Of a stretch of DNA of 5,387 nt, positions 1 to 5,387 are shown in pieces (position 1 is the stretch's first letter; the number at the start of each line of letters is the position of its first letter). The translations under genes were made by a program, and so were the position numbers. The notes under the pieces are model-generated. The model was not told the DNA's origin, did no database searches, and was given only the letters and a program-made list of their open reading frames with translations. The DNA comes from a virus (Duplodnaviria; Heunggongvirae; Uroviricota; Caudoviricetes). Location of the stretch: the IMG/VR virus record IMGVR_UViG_3300000292_000170; one strand, 5' to 3'.

Positions 1-462
1 ATGCTGGGTGATTGTTTCCCTCCTGATTTTAAGGCTAATTTTAGTCGTGAAAGAGGTATATCACCCGGTGATGTATTGTATCTTCATTGTGATTTTACGA
101 CCCCACCTAAAGTAAAATATATGGTGGTTGTTTGCTGTGAACCTCTTTTAGTTCTTCTAATAAATTCAGATATAAATGAATTTATTAAGAGAAACAATGA
201 TCTTATGGCTTGTCAGGTCGAAATTAATAGAGAGGACCATGATTTTCTTAAATGGGACTCATTTGTTAATTGCATTGAGGCTCATGCTGCTTTCGATCTT
301 GAAATTATTAAAGAGAAAATAGCCATCCAATATGGCGACGTGCTAAAAGGTCGCATTACAGATCATTGTATGAGACAAGTTCGATGTGCAGTTGAGATAT
401 CTAAAATCATGGTTAAACGGCATAAAAAACTGATACTCGCTGCTCTTCAACATTATGAATAA
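1..462 (+). CDS. Hypothetical protein, 153 aa, markedly AT-rich orphan ORF convergent with the prophage operon; possible moron/cargo gene
   Basis: Uninterrupted ORF from ATG at 1-3 to TAA at 460-462. Composition is visibly AT-rich compared with the rest of the window (by-eye estimates of about 35% versus about 50% GC), with Lys/Ile/Asn-rich codon usage. No family motif recognised by eye. Followed directly by a hairpin terminator. The start coincides with the window edge, so the true 5' end cannot be verified. Confidence 0.55.
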   Translation: MLGDCFPPDFKANFSRERGISPGDVLYLHCDFTTPPKVKYMVVVCCEPLLVLLINSDINEFIKRNNDLMACQVEINREDHDFLKWDSFVNCIEAHAAFDLEIIKEKIAIQYGDVLKGRITDHCMRQVRCAVEISKIMVKRHKKLILAALQHYE

Positions 463-490
463 ACCCACCTTTGGATGGGTTTATTCATAT
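461..490. terminator. Putative bidirectional rho-independent terminator between convergent genes
   Basis: Inverted repeat aaaccca (461-467) / tgggttt (476-482) around a short loop, followed by T-rich tttattcatattctattt on the plus strand. On the minus strand the same stem is followed by tttattcat. It sits in the 33-bp gap between the stop codons at 460-462 (+) and 496-498 (-). Confidence 0.45.
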
Positions 491-495
491 TCTAT

Positions 496-768
496 TTAAA
501 TGAGCCTTTGTTTATGGGTTCTGACCCTTTCCCACTCAGCACGCCCTTCTTCTCGCCTTTTGTCTATGTATTCCGCAAGATCCTGAATATTGATGCAACG
601 TTTTGCTTTTTGTGATGTGCCGATGCGATATGTTGGAACGGGCAACTTACAAGCGTTTGCTTTTGCTTCTGCCGTGGCTGGACTCATGCCAAAGTACTTT
701 TGGCTAACTGCTGAGAGTTCAATGTTAGGGGTATTGAATTCAGCCATCAGTAAAAACAAGGTGTTCAT
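496..768 (-). CDS. PrtN-family (pyocin-activator-like) small DNA-binding protein, putative excisionase/recombination directionality factor
   Basis: Minus-strand ORF ending at TAA (496-498). The translation contains the KLPVPTYRIG...IQDLAEYID region, which I recognise as characteristic of PrtN/excisionase-like phage proteins (recognition by eye, unverified). The ORF track starts it at GTG 795, which has no Shine-Dalgarno sequence. ATG at 766-768 is preceded by GGAG (ATGGAGAAAATTATG) and is the best-supported start, giving 90 aa. ATG at 778-780 is an alternative. Confidence 0.6.
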   Translation of the reverse strand: MNTLFLLMAEFNTPNIELSAVSQKYFGMSPATAEAKANACKLPVPTYRIGTSQKAKRCINIQDLAEYIDKRREEGRAEWERVRTHKQRLI

Positions 769-804
769 AATTTTCTCCATCAAAACCGGCTGCACCCGGG
801 AAAA

Positions 805-1377
805 TCATAATTCTGTGCTGGTGGCAGGAATTAATTTCTGCCAGATAGCGGAAACATATTTTGCCTGATGACGGGCATCGGCCAGGGCGTTGTGCCGTTC
901 GCCATCGAAAGGCATGTCCATTTTGGGGGCGAATCCGATGGAACGCCCAAGCGTAACGATCGTGCGTACATCGTGGTCATTCCAGTATGCCCACGGGCAG
1001 ATTTGTCCTGCTCGCTCATAAGCTCCACGTAAAATTACGTTGTCGAAGGTGGCCCCGTTACCCCAGACTTTTAAATATTTTGTATTGTCTGCATGCTGAT
1101 TAATGAAATGGCTCAGTTCAGAGAGTGCATCGCTGATCGACAAAGTATCATCAATACAGATTGCAGCTCGTGCTTCAGGGCTCTGTTTCAACCACCACAG
1201 GATGGTATCGCCGTCAGGTGTGGCCCCTTGCTCCATAGCACTTTCCAGGCTGACAACCGTATAGAATTCTTGTCCGATGTCTCCGGTTTCTGGGGTGAAG
1301 AACACCGCGCCAATGGAAACGATTGGTGCATCCTTATTTTTCCCCATCGTCTCAAGGTCGATCATTAAGTTGTTCAT
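805..1377 (-). CDS. DEDDh-family 3'-5' exonuclease (DnaQ-like fold), phage-type
   Basis: 190-aa ORF. N-terminal IDLETMG matches the Exo I D-x-E motif and C-terminal HNALADARH matches the Exo III H-x4-D motif of DEDDh exonucleases. Strong Shine-Dalgarno AGGAGGTG (reverse complement of 1383-1390) sits 5 nt upstream of ATG 1375-1377. The start overlaps the upstream stop as TAATG. Confidence 0.75.
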   Translation of the reverse strand: MNNLMIDLETMGKNKDAPIVSIGAVFFTPETGDIGQEFYTVVSLESAMEQGATPDGDTILWWLKQSPEARAAICIDDTLSISDALSELSHFINQHADNTKYLKVWGNGATFDNVILRGAYERAGQICPWAYWNDHDVRTIVTLGRSIGFAPKMDMPFDGERHNALADARHQAKYVSAIWQKLIPATSTEL

Positions 1378-1688
1378 TACTTCACCTCCTGCGTTTCTTT
1401 GCTGCTGTGAATTCGCCAGTTACCGACGCCTTCCCATTCAAACTGGCGGTTACTAATTCGCGTCCAGCCCCTGCCGAAAAGCAAATCCAGATACCAGTAT
1501 TTTAAAGTTCTGATAATTGCTCTTACAGTTGGTTTGCATCCAGAAGTCTTTGATGCGCAAATAAAGCACCGAGTTATGCTCATGGCCTCTACAAAAGGCC
1601 AGATAAACCAAACCCAGATGCAAAGAGCCACGAACAACATGAGCGCAATGTTAGCCACTAAGCCAGACCAGTGCAGATAATTGCTCAC
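1377..1688 (-). CDS. Small Trp-rich membrane protein (hypothetical), 103 aa
   Basis: GTG start at 1686-1688 preceded by a perfect AAGGAGG (reverse complement of 1695-1701) at 6-nt spacing. One clear hydrophobic segment, LVANIALMLFVALCIWVWFIWPFV, predicts a transmembrane helix. GTGA overlap with the upstream gene's stop and TAATG overlap with the downstream exonuclease start. Confidence 0.6.
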   Translation of the reverse strand: MSNYLHWSGLVANIALMLFVALCIWVWFIWPFVEAMSITRCFICASKTSGCKPTVRAIIRTLKYWYLDLLFGRGWTRISNRQFEWEGVGNWRIHSSKETQEVK

Positions 1689-1924
1689 TGGTTGCCTCCT
1701 TTACGGATCTGCGCTGCGATGCGCGAAAAAAAAGACTCCCGCGTATGACTGTTAAGAGCTGGCGCGAACGCTGCGTTAAGAACGGCAGCATCACAGCCGT
1801 CATCGATATAGAGCGCAATTTTTTTCTCCAGGCGCGCTTTGGCTTCCTGCAACTGCATACCCCGGCACGCACGCGGGATATACTCAGCAATTTGAGCGAT
1901 AGATTTTTCGTTCTGTTTAAACAT
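1685..1924 (-). CDS. Hypothetical phage protein, 79 aa
   Basis: ATG at 1922-1924 preceded by GAGGTGA at about 5-nt spacing. The stop overlaps the next gene's GTG start as GTGA. No family recognised. Confidence 0.55.
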   Translation of the reverse strand: MFKQNEKSIAQIAEYIPRACRGMQLQEAKARLEKKIALYIDDGCDAAVLNAAFAPALNSHTRESFFSRIAAQIRKGGNQ

Positions 1925-2120
1925 GCTTCACCTCGATAGGCTTGATGGTGTCGATCAGTAGTCGGAGGCGCGTATTTTCTGCAAAGTGGCGGCGTCCGGT
2001 TTCTTTGTGGTAAAACTCGTTTTTGCCGACGACCCACATCCGCTCTGTCTGGTGAAGTTTTTTTACCTGCGGGCCGTCTTTGGTGATCACAATGCCGGTA
2101 TGGGTTTTTACGATTGTCAT
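1917..2120 (-). CDS. Hypothetical phage protein, 67 aa
   Basis: ATG at 2118-2120 preceded by GAGGTGGTGG. The start overlaps the PAPS-reductase-like stop as ATGA, and there is an 8-nt overlap with the downstream gene. No family recognised. Confidence 0.55.
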   Translation of the reverse strand: MTIVKTHTGIVITKDGPQVKKLHQTERMWVVGKNEFYHKETGRRHFAENTRLRLLIDTIKPIEVKHV

Positions 2121-2995
2121 GCCACCACCTCTTCGAATTTCAATTCCAATTGATCACCCCAGATTTCACATGACTCTGAACACGAGCCGGTATCGAATCG
2201 CCTGGCTTGCACCATCGCTTGATACAAATTTCTGTAGTCGCTGTCGGCATACATTCTGGCAATCCCGTCAAGGCTCAGATGACCACGGTACATAACGTCT
2301 TTATTTGTCTTTCGGTGACCATCCCGGACGTGTTTACCTGTAACCAGCTCATTAAAAACTCGCATCAGACCAGGTTCGTCTTTACATGCAAGCCCCAGCT
2401 TTTGCGTGGACTTTTTGATGCAGAAAACACAGTTCCCGAGGTGCTCCGGGATTTGCAAATCAAAAGGTTGTTTATGCCACCACCGGATAACATCCGAGTT
2501 ATCAAAATCAGATAGCTCGGCAAGATACCGGACGCCCGATTTCGGTTTCAGCCTACGAGGTTCGTCTGCACGAATACCCAGCCATGTGATGTAATTCCCT
2601 CGTCCGAAATGGTCATCGCAGTATTTTGTGAAGGGGGTGAGTTTTAATCTGTCAGTGCAGAACGCGCCGCCGATGTATGGCGTGCCATATTTTTTTACCA
2701 TGTCCATAAACGGTTTAAGCACCGGCATTCGTGTCTGAATATCCTTTGGTTCCCATTCCGTATAACCATTTGGCTGCCCAAGCTCTGGATTTATATCGAC
2801 CTGCAACACAGTTAGCGGTATGCCCCAGAACTTCACAACCTCCCGAATAAAGCGGTATGTCAGCGGATGTTCGCAACCGGTATCCATAAAGATGTAGCAG
2901 ACGTTATTGCCAGCCTTTCTTTGTTCTTCCATCAGGTGAACAAGATATGCAGATGTTCTCCCGCCAGAAAAACTAACTACATGAGTTATGCACAT
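2117..2995 (-). CDS. Phosphoadenosine-phosphosulfate (PAPS) reductase family protein / PP-loop ATP pyrophosphatase-like, phage-encoded
   Basis: 292-aa ORF with N-terminal PP-loop motif VVSFSGGRTSAYL (SGGxxS), typical of the PAPS-reductase/DndC-like/ATP-sulfurylase superfamily. Cysteine pairs CVFC (residues 189-192) and CSESC (271-275) could ligate a metal or Fe-S centre. The start overlaps the upstream YfdR-like stop by about 10 nt. Confidence 0.8.
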   Translation of the reverse strand: MCITHVVSFSGGRTSAYLVHLMEEQRKAGNNVCYIFMDTGCEHPLTYRFIREVVKFWGIPLTVLQVDINPELGQPNGYTEWEPKDIQTRMPVLKPFMDMVKKYGTPYIGGAFCTDRLKLTPFTKYCDDHFGRGNYITWLGIRADEPRRLKPKSGVRYLAELSDFDNSDVIRWWHKQPFDLQIPEHLGNCVFCIKKSTQKLGLACKDEPGLMRVFNELVTGKHVRDGHRKTNKDVMYRGHLSLDGIARMYADSDYRNLYQAMVQARRFDTGSCSESCEIWGDQLELKFEEVVA

Positions 2996-3522
2996 TTGCG
3001 TAATTCCGATAACTCGTTAAAACGTTCCATAAACATCCCGTAGGCATGGCCTGGTGACAGTGGAATAACTTTGAACATCTCTGTTGCCGGGATGCCTTCC
3101 AGTACAGGCCAGAAAGAGCCATCATCAAGCCCGAGATCGCGGCGTTCGGTTGCCAGCATAATGAGATCGGCATATTTCACTGGCGTGCTCATAACAGGAG
3201 GTAACCCGTATTTCTCACGGATTACGGCGTCTATTTTTTCTTCCATCCGTTTATAGTCAGGAAGAGGTCGTTTCAGTGGCGCGGGGATGTCCTGGCAATA
3301 TGCTTCTGTTGCATCATGCATTAACGCTTCGAAAGCAAACTCCTGCGGTACCAGCTGGCTGCAAAGCACCGCATGTTGGGCGACGCTGTAGAAGTGTGAA
3401 AGATGCCCTGCAAAGCGACAGATATTTGAGAGGGAAACTGCGATATCGTTAATCACGATGTCGTCTTTATTTATCTTGTCATAATAAAAATGCTTCCCGG
3501 AAAAAGTTTTAATAAATGACAT
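2986..3522 (-). CDS. yfdR: HD-domain phosphohydrolase, YfdR-like 5'-deoxynucleotidase
   Basis: HD-domain signature: H in LSHFYSVAQH, HD in EALMHDATEAY, and downstream Asp residues. The ORF track begins at GTG 3549, which has no Shine-Dalgarno sequence. ATG at 3520-3522 is preceded by GGAGAACAAA, giving 178 aa, which equals the length I recall for E. coli CPS-53 YfdR. The symbol is assigned from recalled family, length and gene order, not from a search. Confidence 0.7.
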   Translation of the reverse strand: MSFIKTFSGKHFYYDKINKDDIVINDIAVSLSNICRFAGHLSHFYSVAQHAVLCSQLVPQEFAFEALMHDATEAYCQDIPAPLKRPLPDYKRMEEKIDAVIREKYGLPPVMSTPVKYADLIMLATERRDLGLDDGSFWPVLEGIPATEMFKVIPLSPGHAYGMFMERFNELSELRKCA

Positions 3523-3615
3523 TTTGTTCTCCACGTATATGCGCTGCACCGCGCTGAATTCTGGTAAAAGGAAGCTCTCACCATCCGGTGATTATTGAGT
3601 TAATTACGTTTCCAT

Positions 3616-3637
3616 AAATGCCCCCGCAGGGGCATTT
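3616..3637. other. GC-rich perfect hairpin in the yfdQ-yfdR intergenic region (possible attenuator, processing or binding site)
   Basis: aaatgcccc (3616-3624) / cgca loop / ggggcattt (3629-3637) forms a 9-bp perfect stem. There is no U-tract beyond the stem on either strand, so it is not a classical intrinsic terminator. It lies in the 127-bp gap between the stop at 3650-3652 and the start at 3522. Confidence 0.4.
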
Positions 3638-3649
3638 GCAGTAATGAAA

Positions 3650-4168
3650 TCAGGCGGTGAAAGTACCAATAAAGGTTTCGACTTTGCTGTCTTTGAATTT
3701 CTCAACAAGCAGATCACGAAATTCGTTAGCCATTTCTTCCTGCACCGCTTCCAGCTGAATAATGCGCAGAACCAGTACAGGACGATCGCCAGTGATAATG
3801 CTGAGGCGTAATTTAAACGGACGTTCTTTCAGGCCTTCAAACGGAACGCATTTAAATTCAAATGCCACTGGCATAATATCTTTGGTCTTCGCTTCGACAG
3901 ACTCCATCAGGGAGCGTTTGCCGCTGAAGTCATTGTCTTCAAAATCAGCGGTCTGGTTTGCTTCAATCGTGATTTTACGGACTGCCGCAGCCGCTTTTGT
4001 TGCCTGAATGGCATCACCATTAGCATCAAAGCCCACAAGGTAGTCGGCCCAGTCTTCAATCCATTCTGCCAGTGACTTCTGGGAGTTACGCTCGCCGTTA
4101 ACAGACAACAGAGCAGAGAACGGTGCTGTCTTTTTCAGTTTGAGAGTGGCGGTGTTATCTGCGTGACC
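3650..4168 (-). CDS. yfdQ: DUF2303/YfdQ-like phage protein, C-terminal 172 codons plus stop, truncated upstream by a scaffold gap
   Basis: Continuous reading frame from the N-run boundary at 4168 down to TGA at 3650-3652. The ORF-track start at 4108 is a TTG inside this frame. The codon boundary at 4168 is in frame with the N-terminal fragment at 4654-4959; joined, they give 825 nt, i.e. 274 aa, the length I recall for YfdQ. Symbol from recalled length and gene order only. Confidence 0.6.
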   Translation of the reverse strand, partial: GHADNTATLKLKKTAPFSALLSVNGERNSQKSLAEWIEDWADYLVGFDANGDAIQATKAAAAVRKITIEANQTADFEDNDFSGKRSLMESVEAKTKDIMPVAFEFKCVPFEGLKERPFKLRLSIITGDRPVLVLRIIQLEAVQEEMANEFRDLLVEKFKDSKVETFIGTFTA

Positions 4169-4178
4169 NNNNNNNNNN
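4169..4178. other. Run of 10 N: scaffold/assembly gap
   Basis: Exactly 10 ambiguous bases, a fixed-length spacer typical of scaffolders. Confidence 0.9.
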
Positions 4179-4368
4179 GTCTTTGGTCTTCGCTTCGACT
4201 GACTCCATCAGGGAGCGTTTGCCGCTGAAGTCATTATCTTCAAAATCAGCTGTCTGGTTCGCTTCAATTGTGATTTTACGGATCGCCGCAGCCGCTTTGG
4301 TTGCCTGAATGGCGTCACCATTAGCATCAAAGCCCACAAGGTAGTCGGCCCAGTCTTCAATCCATTCT
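4179..4368 (-). repeat. Divergent partial copy (about 95% nt identity) of the yfdQ-like segment 3878-4067, flanked by N-gaps; probable alternative-allele contig
   Basis: Direct alignment at offset 301 shows about 9-10 substitutions in 190 nt. The encoded peptide ([27 protein letters not shown]...) differs from the primary copy by a single V/I change, so the substitutions are almost all synonymous. Confidence 0.8.
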
Positions 4369-4378
4369 NNNNNNNNNN
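4369..4378. other. Run of 10 N: scaffold/assembly gap
   Basis: Exactly 10 ambiguous bases. Confidence 0.9.
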
Positions 4379-4643
4379 TGGTTCATCGATAGTACCCAGG
4401 TTAAGTACACTGACGGCACGCATATTATCGGCGTCGATAAAGCAGCGGGTGCCTTCATCTGCAAGATCTTTAGAATAACGGGTAAAATCATCGATGCTGG
4501 CAGTGGAAAGTGCACCACGGAAACGGAAGCGATTTAAATTAAATTTTTCCAGATCATGAATGCGGAAATTCTCAGGCAATGCCACAGCATCGGCACCAAT
4601 CTTACTGATAATTTCATTAACACCCTGAGCAGAAATAAGGGCA
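4379..4643 (-). repeat. Divergent partial copy (about 95% nt identity) of the yfdQ-like segment 4654-4918, flanked by N-gaps; probable alternative-allele contig
   Basis: Alignment at offset 275 shows about 12 substitutions in 265 nt, all synonymous: the peptide [68 protein letters not shown] is identical in both copies. Confidence 0.8.
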
Positions 4644-4653
4644 NNNNNNNNNN
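4644..4653. other. Run of 10 N: scaffold/assembly gap
   Basis: Exactly 10 ambiguous bases. Confidence 0.9.
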
Positions 4654-4959
4654 AGGCTCATCAATAGTACCCAGGTTAAGCACACTGACGGCACGCATAT
4701 TATCGGCATCGATAAAGCAGCGGGTGCCTTCATCCGCAAGATCTTTAGAATAACGGGTAAAGTCATCGATGCTGGCAGTGGAAAGCGCACCACGGAAACG
4801 GAAGCGATTTAAATTAAATTTTTCCAGATCATGAATGCGGAAATTTTCAGGTAATGCCACTGCGTCGGCACCAATCTTACTGATAATTTCATTAACACCC
4901 TGAGCAGAAATAAGGGCATGAATTTGATTAATTGCGGTTGCGTCTAAGTTCTGAGACAT
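4654..4959 (-). CDS. yfdQ: DUF2303/YfdQ-like phage protein, N-terminal 102 codons, truncated downstream by a scaffold gap
   Basis: ATG at 4957-4959 preceded by GAGGA at about 6-7 nt spacing. The frame runs to the N-gap boundary at 4654, ending on a complete codon (...NLGTIDEP). The ORF-track call 4534..4959 continues through the N-run into the variant copy and is an artefact beyond 4654. Confidence 0.6.
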
Positions 4960-5024
4960 AATAAGTCCTCACTATATAAAGATATTCAGTGATGAGATAA
5001 ATAATCAGTTAATTAAGAACGATA

Positions 5025-5387
5025 TTAATGACCTGCTGCGCGGAGTTTTCCGTCAGGCTCACCGGCAAGAGTCAGTAATTGTCCCTGGTCTTCCTGCAGA
5101 ATAGTCAGGCGACCACCGCGATTGACATACATCGGCGTTTCGGTGGTGTCTTCTTCGGAAATTTTCCCGCGGTTAGTCGGACGAACATATGAGAGTTTGT
5201 GTTTTATTTTCACACGGTTCTCATCAAACGGTTCGATTTCCAGGTTGAGCGAGACCTTACCTTTGGTTTTCGTGTTCATCACACCGGAAGCGACTTCACT
5301 GAGAACTGCGCCGATTTTGGTTTCAAATACGCCGCCGTCCAGCTCCCCGATAAATGCCTGCACATCAGTACTGTGTTCGCTAGCCAT
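5025..5387 (-). CDS. Hypothetical phage early protein, 120 aa (position corresponds to yfdP in a CPS-53-like arrangement)
   Basis: ORF from ATG at 5385-5387 (window edge, so upstream context is unseen) to TAA at 5025-5027. Same strand and operon as the downstream genes. No family motif recognised. Confidence 0.55.
   Translation of the reverse strand: MASEHSTDVQAFIGELDGGVFETKIGAVLSEVASGVMNTKTKGKVSLNLEIEPFDENRVKIKHKLSYVRPTNRGKISEEDTTETPMYVNRGGRLTILQEDQGQLLTLAGEPDGKLRAAGH

Noticed and set aside
590-868. 92-aa plus-strand ORF
   Set aside because: It lies antisense to and entirely within the excisionase-like and exonuclease coding regions; no ribosome-binding site is evident. Likely spurious.
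831-1505. Alternative-frame or antisense ORFs 831..1028 (-), 1093..1368 (+) and 1323..1505 (+)
   Set aside because: All are embedded in the exonuclease or the membrane-protein gene on the other strand or frame; the main genes have motifs and strong Shine-Dalgarno sequences, these do not.
1651-2037. 128-aa Arg-rich ORF on the minus strand
   Set aside because: It spans two better-supported genes (1685..1924 and 1917..2120) in a different frame, has no Shine-Dalgarno sequence, and has an Arg/Ser/Pro-rich composition typical of an out-of-frame reading of GC-rich coding sequence.
1745-2594. Plus-strand ORFs 1745..1939, 2080..2295, 2207..2515 and 2406..2594
   Set aside because: They are antisense to the PP-loop protein and small-gene cluster. 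No start signals or conserved motifs, consistent with shadow ORFs opposite real coding sequence.
2973-4007. ORFs 2973..3173 (-), 3071..3256 (+) and 3762..4007 (+)
   Set aside because: They overlap the YfdR-like or YfdQ-like coding sequence out of frame or antisense, with low-complexity Ser/Arg-rich translations. Judged spurious.
4155-4585. ORF-track calls 4155..4337 and 4208..4585 (minus strand), which contain XXXX residues
   Set aside because: They read through N-runs and lie within the duplicated variant segments; they are artefactual fragments of the yfdQ-like gene, not independent genes.
4169-4653. Repeated segments separated by fixed-length spacers, superficially like a CRISPR array or a diversity-generating retroelement template/variable repeat pair
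   Set aside because: The spacers are runs of N, not sequence. The repeats are 190 and 265 bp, far too long for CRISPR, and are in-frame coding sequence. The substitutions are mostly synonymous third-position transitions, not adenine-specific as in DGRs. Best explained as alternative-allele contigs scaffolded into the gene.
4556-4753. 65-aa plus-strand ORF containing XXXX
   Set aside because: It crosses an N-run and is antisense to the yfdQ-like gene; artefact.
4960-5024. Possible sigma-70 promoter in the AT-rich spacer upstream of the yfdQ-like gene (TATAGT-like -10 on the minus strand)
   Set aside because: No convincing -35 element at proper spacing, and the -10 candidate would sit almost on the ribosome-binding site. 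The AT-richness is better explained as a spacer and ribosome-binding region within a polycistronic operon.
1-5387. Attachment-site repeats, tRNA genes or IS-element terminal inverted repeats marking a prophage boundary
   Set aside because: No tRNA-like sequence, direct-repeat pair or transposase ORF was detectable by eye in this window. The prophage boundary, if near, lies outside it.

Overview
The window reads as the distal part of a leftward-transcribed early operon of a lambdoid/P22-like enterobacterial prophage, with every gene from 5387 down to 496 on the minus strand. In transcription order: a 120-aa hypothetical protein, a DUF2303/YfdQ-like gene, an HD-domain 5'-deoxynucleotidase (YfdR-like), a PAPS-reductase-family PP-loop protein, three small proteins (one membrane), a DEDDh 3'-5' exonuclease, and a PrtN-family excisionase-like protein. 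The P-Q-R order and the 178/274-aa lengths match my recollection of the E. coli CPS-53 yfdP-yfdQ-yfdR block; this is from memory, not a search. Most genes overlap stop-to-start (ATGA, GTGA, TAATG), indicating translational coupling. The YfdQ-like gene is broken by three runs of exactly 10 N, with two ~95%-identical partial copies of the same gene placed between them; removing the gaps and copies restores one in-frame 274-codon ORF, so this looks like a scaffolding artefact carrying a second allele. At the left edge, a convergent, markedly AT-rich 153-aa orphan ORF sits where an integrase would be expected, separated from the excisionase-like gene by a bidirectional hairpin terminator. No tRNA, rRNA, CRISPR array or IS element was seen. 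All family assignments rest on motifs read by eye and would need HMM or BLAST confirmation.
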